Positions 1 to 8,686 of a stretch of DNA of 12,442 nucleotides are shown here, piece after piece. Under the pieces are notes generated by a model. That model worked only from the letters and a program-made list of their open reading frames with translations. It was not told where the DNA came from and did not search any database. The position numbers and the translations under genes were made by a program. The stretch is taken from NCBI GenBank assembly GCA_000004985.1, contig GG738987.1; one strand, 5' to 3'. This DNA comes from Naegleria gruberi (taxonomy: Eukaryota). The first letter of the stretch is position 1; every line of letters begins with the position of its first letter.

Positions 1-1683
1 CATTAATAAAATTAAAATAAATTTTTAATAAAATATTAACATGATTAATAAAAATAGGATGATTTAAATTAATTAAAAAATTAAAAATATCTAAATAAGA
101 ATGTTCATTAATTAAACAAGGTAATAAAATTTGAATTAAATGATATACCTTATATGGTATAATTGAAAATATATTTAAAATAATTTTAAAAGAATATTTA
201 TAAATATATAATAAATCATTTTCAATAATAAAAGAATGATTTAAAATTAACATATTTAATAAATCTAAATGTAATAAAATATTTGATTTAAAAAAATTCC
301 AATAATTTAAAAAATATTTTTCAATTAACATATTTGGATCAAAAATAAAAGTATAAGAATGATGAATAAAAAATTTAATACATTCTAATAAAATATTACC
401 ACAATTATAAATTAAAAAATTATTATTTAAAATTGTTAAAAATATTCTTTTTAAAATTGGAAATACTTGATTTACAAATATGGAATCTTTAAAACAAATT
501 AAATCTAATTGTAAAATTGATTCATTAATTACACTTGAAATATAATGTATTGATTCTATATCTTGTGTTTGAAATAAAAATTCAGATTGTTGTAATAATC
601 TTAAATTATATTTTAATATTAAATTTAATTCATTTCTATTTATAGATTCAAAATTATTTAAAATTTCATTTTTTAAATTACTATAAATGTAATTAGATTG
701 TATTGTATATAATGAATGTTGTTTTACTCTATTTAATATTGTATAAATACTATTAGAATTACCTGTTTTAGTATTATTTTGAATTATTAATGGATGTTGT
801 GTAATACCATCACTTTCATAAATTTGTATTTTTAGATTATTACTATTTANNNNNNNNNNNNNNNNNNNNNNNNNNNNNNNNNNNNNNNNNNNNNNNNNNN
901 NNNNNNNNNNNNNNNATTTAAATTATTATTATTAAGATTATTATTATTTATATTATTTTCAATTAAATTAAAATTATTTTGATTAATTAAAGGATTAATA
1001 TTATTAAATAAATAATAATTAAATTTTAAATTTAATTTAGTAAAATATTTTAAATAATTTAAATAAATATTACCATCTTCTAAATTTTGATAAAAAGAAT
1101 TAAAATCTAATAATTTAATATTTGATAAAATATTTAAAATTAAAATTTTAATTTTTTTTTGAGTTTTTGAATTTAATAATAATTTAATTAAAAATAAAAT
1201 AATACCAGAATTATTATTAAAATCCATTGCTCTATTTATACCAACAGGTAAAATTAAAATTTGATAAAATTCTCTTAATAAATCATAACAATCACGTGAT
1301 GTTAAATTTGGTTGAATTAATTTTTTAAATAATATATTTGGATATAATGATGTTATTTGTAATGGTTGAATATATTTTAATTTTTCTACATTTTGTTCAT
1401 TTGAATGTAAAATTAAAAAAAAGTTTTGAATTAATTGATTACTATTATTAGAAATTGAATTATTATTAGATTGTGATGATAATTGTGATGATTTTTGTGA
1501 ATATTTTGATGATTGTTGATTTGATTGTAATGGTGATGATGATGAATTTAATTGATTATGATGATGATTATAACTAGTTTTAGATGATGATGAGGATGGT
1601 GATGGACTCATTGCTGATGCAGTTGTTGTTTGTGATGTTTGTGATGTCAACAGGTTTTTATGATGAACAAATGATGATGGCAT
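1..1683 (-). CDS. Hypothetical large protein with a Ser/Gln/Asn-rich N-terminus and a Leu/Ile-rich helical-repeat-like body. It is partial: it runs off the window at position 1 and is interrupted by the N-gap at 850-915.
   Basis: The track ORF 916-1683 starts with ATG at 1683. My manual minus-strand translation of 1-846 found one frame that is completely open across all 846 nt in about 85% AT DNA, which would essentially never happen by chance. It reads ...NSNNLKIQIYESDGITQHPLII...LICFKDSIFVNQVFPILKRIF...HPIFINHVNILLKIYFNFIN. The frame across the gap cannot be verified because the gap length is a placeholder. I recognised no domain. Confidence 0.6.
850..915. other. Assembly gap (66 N) inside the coding sequence of the minus-strand gene.
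   Basis: This is a run of N characters. Both flanks are aat-rich coding sequence (NNLNNNNLN / NSNN). Confidence 0.95.
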
Positions 1684-1780
1684 TTTTTAATATGTTGTTG
1701 ATGATGATGAAAGAATGAATTAAAATCTTGTGTGATTCTTGATTATTAACAACACATCAATAAACAATTTTAAATAAAAA
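1684..1780. promoter_or_regulatory. Compact divergent (bidirectional) promoter region between the minus-strand gene start (1683) and the SDR start (1781).
   Basis: Only 97 bp separate two divergent ATG codons. The SDR has an A-rich taaataaaaaATG start context. An 8-codon uORF (atgttgttgatgatgatgaaagaatga, about 1690-1716) sits in the SDR leader. Confidence 0.4.
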
Positions 1781-1908
1781 ATGTCATCAACATCAACAAC
1801 AACAATAAAAGATTCATATTTTAGGGAAGGAAATGTAATTGTAATAAGTGGTGCATCAAGTGGTATAGGAAGAGGATTAGCTTTACAATTAGCTAAATTT
1901 AAAACAAA
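1781..1908 (+). CDS. Short-chain dehydrogenase/reductase (SDR family), exon 1 of 3.
   Basis: Translation is MSSTSTTTIKDSYFREGNVIVISGASSGIGRGLALQLAKFKT, which contains the Rossmann TGxxxGxG-type motif GASSGIG. The exon ends at a gtaaat donor (g1909) in phase 2. Confidence 0.8.
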
Positions 1909-1994
1909 GTAAATATTATTATATATTCATTCACACATTCATTATTAACATGATAATAATCTATTTAATAATAATAATATTATAATAATAATAG

Positions 1995-2114
1995 TATTGT
2001 ATTAATAGCTAGAACTAAATCAGCACTTGAACAAGTATCAAAAGAATGTTTATTAAATGGTGCATTATCTACTCTTATTTTACCTTGTGATGTTACAAAT
2101 GAAGATCAAGTAAA
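1995..2114 (+). CDS. SDR exon 2.
   Basis: After the aataatag acceptor (ag at 1993-1994), reading continues in phase as (N)IVLIARTKSALEQVSKECLLNGALSTLILPCDVTNEDQVK, the typical SDR beta2-alpha3 region. It ends at a gtatgt donor (g2115). Intron 1 (1909-1994) is 86 nt and about 95% AT. Confidence 0.7.
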
Positions 2115-2251
2115 GTATGTTTTATTTTAATTATTATTAAAATTAATTTTATAATAATTTATAATAATTAATAATTTAAAAATTAATTTATAATAATTTA
2201 AATAATAATAATAATAATTAATATAATTTTAAAAATAATAATATTTTAAAG

Positions 2252-2948
2252 AAATTCAATTGAATTAATTAAAATTAAATATAAAGAAATTAATCAATTA
2301 TTTTTATGTGCAGGTATAAGTGGTAGTATACCATTTATAGAAATAGAAGATATGAAAATCTTTGAACAAATGTTTCAAACCAATGTAATGGGATATATTT
2401 ATTTAACAAAATATTTATTAAATATATTTAGTAATTCTAATAATAGTCATATTACTGTAATTAGTAGTATGTCAGGTATAATACCAATACCATTAAGAAC
2501 AGCCTATTGTATGAGTAAATTTGCAGTTGAAGGATTTTTTAGAACATTAAGAAGTGAATTAAAAAATACACCAAAATATTCACATTTAACAATAACTTTA
2601 ATATGTCCTGGTTGGGTTGATACTGAAATTAGAAAACATCATTTAACTGAACATCAAACAAATTATAATATTGATAATAATGGTAAAATGATGACCATTG
2701 ATGAATGTGTTTTAAAAACTTTAAATGCTGTTAGAATGAAAAAATATACACAACGTTTCAAATTATTATATCAATTTGCTCCAATCATTTATGATATTGT
2801 ACCTTCTATTATTGAAAATATGACTATTAAAAAGACTGGATATAAAGATTTAATTATTAATAATAATAATAAAAATATTAATAATAATAAAAATAATGGA
2901 AATAATAATGAGGAAACTGTTACAGTTAATAGAAAGTCAAAATTATAA
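2252..2948 (+). CDS. SDR exon 3 (the track ORF 2352-2948 is part of it). It carries the NAG-like CAGI motif and the catalytic S...YxxxK.
   Basis: The ttttaaag acceptor (ag at 2250-2251) restores the frame: (K)NSIELIKIKYKEINQLFLCAGISGSIPFIEIEDMKIFEQ...SSMSG...YCMSKFAVEGF...ICPGWVDTEI. The YCMSK sequence matches the YxxxK active site, and the upstream Ser is present. The stop is TAA at 2946-2948. Intron 2 (2115-2251) is 137 nt of near-pure AT. The C-terminal PGxxxT region resembles 11beta-HSD-like SDRs. Confidence 0.8.
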
Positions 2949-2965
2949 GTTTTTTGAAAAGTAAC

Positions 2966-2971
2966 AATAAA
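2966..2971 (+). terminator. Candidate poly(A) signal AATAAA downstream of the SDR stop.
   Basis: aataaa lies 18 nt after the TAA stop. Confidence 0.3.
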
Positions 2972-4173
2972 AACCACCTTTCCTAATTGTTCCAACAAGC
3001 TCATGACAGCTTTTTCTTGGTTTGGATTTGAAAATCCTTATCAGCTGATATTTTCTTGGTTTTCAATAACATTCTGTTGACTGAATGAAATTGTACTTTA
3101 CCTTAAATCTTTTTCTTGATCTTTGGTTACAATTACATAATACCATTCAATGCACCATAGTTGGTCGTTCCAAAGTCTGCATGAAGAAACTTCTTTGGCA
3201 TCAGATCGAGGATGAACAGGGAGATTGGAAATATCTTGATAGGGATAGGAACAAACAATGTTGAATTATTGCTTTCCGCTTGGAGGATATCTAACAATGT
3301 TTAAGTGAACTTTTGGAGAGGGCAATCTTAGAAATATTCTTGGTTTGATTGGGAAACAATGAGAGCATCACCAACTATATAATATCAGAAGAATTAATTG
3401 CATGTCATTAATGGGCAGTAACAATTTTTCTGTAATTCTATATGTACATAGCTCTAGATTGTCCAAGAACTTGAATGCAAAAACGATGTAAATACGTATA
3501 GACAACTTTGAAACAAGTATTGCTGTACTTACAGTACATACATTATCGTTGTTGATAACGATAGCTATCCTGTAACCCCACAATTCCAGGACTGTATTAT
3601 CTTTTCGTGTATTAGCGTTATTTTCTATTACATTTTCGGCGTAATACACTGTTATACTACAGTTAGTTGTCAAGTTGTTGAGTACTATAAATGTGATATA
3701 TCTTCCATAGATTATGGTTTCCTGTGTTCTAACATGTTTCCATTTTAACATTATATACGTATGTATTAGCATAACTACTATGTTGTAGTTTTTGATATTG
3801 TAATCAACGAGTTTCTAGTACACATGACCATTACTGAAATTTGCGTTTGTTTGATTGTTATCTATTTATCATTGTTGTTGGTTCCTTAGAAATATGTTTA
3901 GCACATACAGATTTCGTATGTATGATCACATTATAAACATACAACACTGTGAATCACAAGAACAAGAGGGTAAAGCTTTGTATTCGAAATATTTTTCTTT
4001 TTTGTAAAACGTTGATTTATTCCAAAGTTAATTGAGAAAAGTTTTATATCTGTACCAGGGTTGAACATTTAATTCAGATGAAGCAATTGATAGATGTTGT
4101 AGCAGGTACCAGCTTCTGTGGATTTCAATTCCACGTTTAAGATTCCAAATAAGCAGAGATGTGTAATTTGTGT

Positions 4174-5268
4174 TCATTCTTTACAGTATGGGTCTGATTT
4201 TTGTTCCTTTTTCATCTTGTGGGAATAAAGGACAAAATCACTTGATTCAGTTTCAGTAGAGTTTTGATTTTGTTCAGGTAATTCATTCATCATCACAGAA
4301 GATATGACTGGAATTGTATTGTTGGAAGTATATTGAGGTAGATCTTGTGAAAGATTTCTACCCATAAAAAAACAAACTATTCCAAATATAAAGAATAACA
4401 ATCCCAAAGAAATCCCACAACTACCGGTGGCAACAACAGTCTCCAATATATCTGGTACAAATATTACAGCTCCTGCATTGCAGCTTGTTTTTGCATATTC
4501 GATTGCTTGAGCTCTTCCTCTAACTTGATCTATGAAATTACCATAAATAGTTCCATTGTGAGTATTTGTATTTTGTTGAGGAATTGCACAATAGAGACTA
4601 TTAATGCCCTTCACTAAGACATTCAAGTCATAGGTTGATGTTGTAATATATGTTGCCTGATCTAAGGCATAATAACTATTATAAACCTCCAAACAACATG
4701 CATAAATATAGTTAGAGTAGTACAATTGGAAAGAATTTGGAATGTTTGAAACATTTGAAGTAATGTACATGACATTATTCACCACACTGAAACCAATAGA
4801 CATGGGTATTAAAAAAGCAATTAAACAACCCAATCCCAAAATAAAAGACAAAATACCACTCTTCATATGAGTTGCATTTCGTTCTTGATTTGAATGTGGA
4901 ATTCTCCAACATGTTGTTGGATAACTCATCTTTAAAATAACAATTAGTGGTGCTATTTGTATAGGTATTGTAGATACCACCTCTCCATCAGAATTTTCAA
5001 TTGGTACAAATGTACCTGCCAGTTTCTGTTTATATTCTTCATCTCTATCTTGATAATAAGAATTGATTTCATTCCTTTGATAAATTCTAATAAAAATACA
5101 CACTCCCAACAGAATTGTACCAATAAACAGTATAATACTGGGAGTAATTAGCATTTCTGATACAACATCTCTAGAAAGTGAGAATGCTCTCTCCACGGTT
5201 GCACCTTCACAACTGGTAGGTACTAACAATACTAGTAAAGAAATCATGATTTGAAAAATGGTATTCAT
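4174..5268 (-). CDS. Predicted multi-pass membrane protein (364 aa) with an N-terminal signal/TM segment, at least 3 further hydrophobic helices and a roughly 115-aa Cys-containing extracytoplasmic loop. The family is not identified.
   Basis: An uninterrupted 364-codon ORF in about 65% AT DNA is far beyond chance, and it has an aaaaaaacaacacaATG start context. Hydrophobic segments are MISLLVLLVPTSC, IILFIGTILLGVCIFIRIY, ILSFILGLGCLIAFLIPMSIGFSVV and GISLGLLFFIFGIVCFFMG. The loop carries ACC, YC, SC and SC cysteines. The topology is loosely tetraspanin-like, but the intracellular loop is about 75 aa and there is no CCG motif. Codon usage includes ctg/gtg/gag/ggg/ccc/cga, unlike the neighbouring genes. 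Confidence 0.65.
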   Translation of the reverse strand: MNTIFQIMISLLVLLVPTSCEGATVERAFSLSRDVVSEMLITPSIILFIGTILLGVCIFIRIYQRNEINSYYQDRDEEYKQKLAGTFVPIENSDGEVVSTIPIQIAPLIVILKMSYPTTCWRIPHSNQERNATHMKSGILSFILGLGCLIAFLIPMSIGFSVVNNVMYITSNVSNIPNSFQLYYSNYIYACCLEVYNSYYALDQATYITTSTYDLNVLVKGINSLYCAIPQQNTNTHNGTIYGNFIDQVRGRAQAIEYAKTSCNAGAVIFVPDILETVVATGSCGISLGLLFFIFGIVCFFMGRNLSQDLPQYTSNNTIPVISSVMMNELPEQNQNSTETESSDFVLYSHKMKKEQKSDPYCKE

Positions 5269-5550
5269 TGTGTTGTTTTTTTAATGCATTCTAAATTGAA
5301 TAGAGGTTGGAACTTTTCATTATCAACTGATAAAGTGGGTACATGGTTTCTATTTCAACTTTTATCATTATAATTGGTTGTTTTATTTTGAGTTGGTTTT
5401 GCTACACTGTTACATGTTATATCTAACAGTGAAATTGTTATTGTTACCTGTGACATTTTCTTCTCAATGAAACATTACAAAAATAACGCTTGAACAGATC
5501 CAAGAGGTAATCTTGTCAAATATTATTATAACTTGGATAATTAAACTTAA

Positions 5551-6209
5551 TTATTTTTTATTTTCAAAATACCATTTAAATCTACCATTACTATATTTAA
5601 TATAATTAAAATCTAAATTTGAATAAAAAGATTGACAACGTGCCCATAAACCCCAAAATAAATGTGATAATTGTGAAAATATTGGAATTAATTTAATAAA
5701 ATTATTAATAATTTCATCATTTTCATTATTTTTTAAAATAAAATTTAAATAATATTTTAAAAATTCTTTTTGTTTTTCTATAGATGGATATAATTCTCTA
5801 TTCATTTCAAATCCACAACATTCATTAAAAAAATTACCAATATCAAATCCAATATAATTATATGAACAATATTCACAATCAATAAAATGTATATTATTAT
5901 TATTACTATTACTATTTATATTATTATTACCATTTATATCACTACTATTCATATTATTATTAGATACAATTATATTTAAAGAAACTAAATCATTATGACA
6001 AAATCCAATAGAAAATGGATTAATTAAATTAATATCATCATTTAACATTTTACAATTATTATTAAAATATAAATTTTTAATATTATTAACTTCAATTTCA
6101 ATTAAATTTAAATCAAATTTAAATTCTTCTTCTTCTTCTTCTTTTAAATTATTATTTAAATTATTTTCATTTAAATATAATAATTTTAATTGATTTATCC
6201 AATTAAATA
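5551..6209 (-). CDS. Choline/ethanolamine kinase, C-terminal catalytic half (downstream of the assembly gap).
   Basis: It contains the Brenner motif (F)CHNDLVSLNII (HNDLxxxN) and the choline-kinase motif IHFIDCEYCSYNYIGFDIGNFFNECCG (IDxEYxxxNxxxFDIxNHFxE). It ends KWYFENKK with the stop at 5551-5553. Confidence 0.8.
6124..6141 (-). repeat. (GAA)6 trinucleotide repeat encoding EEEEEE inside the choline-kinase gene.
   Basis: The plus strand reads ttcttcttcttcttcttc, and the protein reads KEEEEEEFKF. Confidence 0.8.
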
Positions 6210-6643
6210 NNNNNNNNNNNNNNNNNNNNNNNNNNNNNNNNNNNNNNNNNNNNNNNNNNNNNNNNNNNNNNNNNNNNNNNNNNNNNNNNNNNNNNNNNNN
6301 NNNNNNNNNNNNNNNNNNNNNNNNNNNNNNNNNNNNNNNNNNNNNNNNNNNNNNNNNNNNNNNNNNNNNNNNNNNNNNNNNNNNNNNNNNNNNNNNNNNN
6401 NNNNNNNNNNNNNNNNNNNNNNNNNNNNNNNNNNNNNNNNNNNNNNNNNNNNNNNNNNNNNNNNNNNNNNNNNNNNNNNNNNNNNNNNNNNNNNNNNNNN
6501 NNNNNNNNNNNNNNNNNNNNNNNNNNNNNNNNNNNNNNNNNNNNNNNNNNNNNNNNNNNNNNNNNNNNNNNNNNNNNNNNNNNNNNNNNNNNNNNNNNNN
6601 NNNNNNNNNNNNNNNNNNNNNNNNNNNNNNNNNNNNNNNNNNN
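6210..6643. other. Assembly gap (434 N) inside the choline-kinase gene.
   Basis: This is a run of N characters flanked by aat/att-rich coding sequence on both sides. The reading frame across the gap is unverifiable. Confidence 0.95.
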
Positions 6644-7026
6644 TGATATAATTCTAAATTTCTATTTATAATCTTTTCACTTTCTAATCCATTAATTCTA
6701 ACAAGTATATTTATTAGATTTTTAGTAATATTATTATTTATATTATTATCATTTATATTATTAATATTATTATTTAAATTATTTATATTATCATTATTAA
6801 TATTATCATTTAAATTATTTATATTATTATTTATATTATTAAAATATAAATCAATTTTATATAATCTATTTGTATTACCACCTGTTTGTCTTGTTATATT
6901 TAAATGATTAAAATTATTAAATACAATTTTAATTAAATTAATTATATCTTGTTGAATATCTTCTTCCGATTTATCAAGTGTTTCAATCATGTAATTATCA
7001 AGTGTTTTTAATTCATATAAATTCAT
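6644..7026 (-). CDS. Choline/ethanolamine kinase, N-terminal part (upstream of the assembly gap), with an Asn-rich low-complexity insertion.
   Basis: The start is MNLYELKTLDNYMIETLDK (ATG at 7026 in a ttaaaaaATG context). TRQTGGNTNRLYKI matches the choline-kinase N-terminal GG(L)TN motif, and ILVRINGLESEKIINRNLE matches the LxRIYG...IDRE block. NNINNLNDNINNDNINNLNNNINN is low complexity. Confidence 0.75.
6700..6860 (-). repeat. Cryptic 9-12-bp tandem repeats (aat/att-rich) encoding the N/I/D/L low-complexity region of the kinase.
   Basis: There are repeated tatttatattatt / attattaatattat units. The translation is NNINNLNDNINNDNINNLNNNINNINDNNINNNI. Confidence 0.6.
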
Positions 7027-7747
7027 TTTTTAATAATAATGATAGTGATGATCATATACTATTGGATCAATGAACTGTGATTAAAATAATGATGGTAGTT
7101 AATATTCTCTACTTTTTTTTTAAAGGCTAAAAACAATTTTGTATTTTATCCTAAATTGTTGTTAGTTTATAGATTCTCATGAATATTTAATAAAATGGTT
7201 AACTTTCCTCTTTTATGTTTCCCTTTATGTGTGTTCTTTGAACTTTATATCAACTAACTAAAACATTAAATAATTTAATACTTCCACATTCCGAATATCT
7301 TTTTATCCACTCAGTGCAAATATTGTTCCAACATTGATAAATTATTAAACTGAATTCATCACCTCATTTCAAACAGTGAGTGAATCAATACAATTTTTCA
7401 ATAAGAAAATTCCGAAATTTTCAACATTCCACACTTCCAATGATGACGATTACAATCACAAGTGAGTACCAACCTTCTCTCGTTAATTTTCCTATGATAA
7501 AATGAAGCGAAAAGGCTGTACCTCATCAAGAATCTGTTCAATTAAAAATTTGATCCTCAATCCCAAGACCAGTACAATTTGTAAACATGATGGGCGCGTC
7601 ACCCGTTATCATCCAACTCCGTCATCCACAAGAACTCACACAAGCCTTTTTTCTTTCCGCGCGTTTGTTGCAGTCAAATTGTCATTTTGATTGGTTGATG
7701 TAAAACGGTTGTGTGAGCGATATTTACAAAAACTCGTTTCAAAAAAA
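7027..7747. promoter_or_regulatory. Divergent intergenic/promoter region between the choline-kinase gene (minus) and the ADP/ATP-carrier gene (plus). It contains isolated GC-rich CGCG motifs.
   Basis: 720 bp lie between two divergent start codons. GGGCGCGTCACCCG is at 7592-7605 and TTTCCGCGCG at 7654-7663, the latter about 85 bp upstream of the carrier ATG. These stand out against the AT-rich background. The carrier has a caaaaaaaATG start context. Confidence 0.4.
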
Positions 7748-8686
7748 ATGTCCTCTGATTCTGCTTTCGCCTTCGTTAGAGATTTCGCTATTGGTGGTGC
7801 TTCTGGTGCTGTTGCCAAGACTTTGACTGCTCCTATTGAAAGAGTCAAGTTGCTCATCCAAACTCAAGATGCTAACCCACGTATTAGATCTGGTGAAATC
7901 CCAAGATACACTGGTATTGCTAACTGCTTTACTAGAGTTGCCTCTGAACAAGGTATCGCTGCTTTCTGGAGAGGTAACTTCACTAACGTTATCAGATATT
8001 TCCCAACCCAAGCTTTCAACTTTGCTTTCAAGGATTCCATTAAGAAGATCTTCCCAAAGTACTCTCCAAAGGACGAATTTGGTAAATTCTTCTTGGTTCA
8101 ATTGGCTTCTGGTGGTTTGGCTGGTGCTGGTTCATTGTGTATTGTCTATCCATTGGACTATGCTAGAACCAGACTTGCTTCTGATGTTGGTAAGGAAAGA
8201 GTTTTCAACGGTTTGGCTGATTGTTTGGCTAAGACTGCTAAGGGTCCAGCTGGTTTCATGGGTCTTTACAATGGTTTCGGTGTCTCTGTTGCTGGTATCA
8301 TTCCATACAGAGGTGTTTACTTTGGTTTGTACGATTCTTTGAGAGAAAAGAATCCATACAAGAAGGATTTCGGTGTTATGGGTATTATTTCTAAGTTTGC
8401 TGTTGCCCAAACTACTGCTATTGCTGCTGGTTATGCTTCTTATCCATTCGATACTGTCAGAAGAAGACTCCAAATGCAATCTGAAAAGCCAAAGGATCAA
8501 TGGTTGTACAAGGGTACTGCTGATTGTTTCACTAAGATCCTCAAGGAAGAAGGTACTCAAGCTATGTTCAAGGGTGCTGGTGCTAACGCTTTGAGAACTG
8601 TCGGTTCTGCTTTGGTTTTGGTCTTGTACGATCAATTGCAAGGTATGCTCGGTGTTAATATTGGTGCTGGTGGTGAATCGGGATAA
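7748..8686 (+). CDS. Mitochondrial carrier family protein, ADP/ATP translocase (AAC/ANT)-like, 312 aa.
   Basis: The protein has the three-repeat carrier architecture with PIERVKLL, PLDYARTRL and PFDTVRRRL signature helices. It also has the RGNFTNVIRYFPTQAFNFAFKD block, a YPFDTVRRR(LQM) block in place of the AAC hallmark RRRMMM, and LVLVLYDQLQ near the C-terminus, as in yeast and human AAC. The true start is the ATG at 7748 (MSSDSAFAF...). The track's 7691 start is a TTG. Codon usage is strongly biased (ggt/gct/ttc/aag/ttg/aga/cca/tct), as expected for a highly expressed gene. Confidence 0.9.
   Translation: MSSDSAFAFVRDFAIGGASGAVAKTLTAPIERVKLLIQTQDANPRIRSGEIPRYTGIANCFTRVASEQGIAAFWRGNFTNVIRYFPTQAFNFAFKDSIKKIFPKYSPKDEFGKFFLVQLASGGLAGAGSLCIVYPLDYARTRLASDVGKERVFNGLADCLAKTAKGPAGFMGLYNGFGVSVAGIIPYRGVYFGLYDSLREKNPYKKDFGVMGIISKFAVAQTTAIAAGYASYPFDTVRRRLQMQSEKPKDQWLYKGTADCFTKILKEEGTQAMFKGAGANALRTVGSALVLVLYDQLQGMLGVNIGAGGESG

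Noticed and set aside
2789-3004. 71-aa minus-strand ORF overlapping the 3' end of the SDR.
   Set aside because: It is antisense to a well-supported coding exon, and its translation is low-complexity L/F-rich.
3368-3772. 134-aa minus-strand ORF in the convergent spacer as a confident protein-coding gene.
   Set aside because: It has no start-context support, no recognisable motif and an odd composition. A 134-codon ORF is improbable but not impossible in about 65% AT DNA. I kept it only as part of the spacer finding.
4957-5151. 64-aa plus-strand ORF inside the membrane-protein gene.
   Set aside because: It is antisense to the 364-codon ORF, and it is short with no features.
2965-5550. A DNA transposon with terminal inverted repeats bounding the lower-AT block around the membrane-protein gene.
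   Set aside because: I compared the block edges (about 2965-3010 versus about 5500-5550) by eye and found no convincing inverted or direct repeat pair. There is only a local 8-bp hairpin (cactgtta...taacagtg at about 5405-5431).
6190-6651. 153-aa plus-strand 'ORF' made almost entirely of X.
   Set aside because: It is an artefact of translating the N-gap.
7691-7747. Track start of the carrier ORF at 7691 (MVDVKRLCERY...).
   Set aside because: Position 7691 is a TTG, a bacterial-style alternative start. The first in-frame ATG is at 7748 in a caaaaaaaATG context, and the protein N-terminus MSSDSAFAF... fits AAC N-termini.
7502-7857. Short ORFs 7502-7690 (+) and 7636-7857 (-) in the kinase/carrier intergenic region.
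   Set aside because: They lie in the promoter region and overlap the carrier start. They are short with no coding features.
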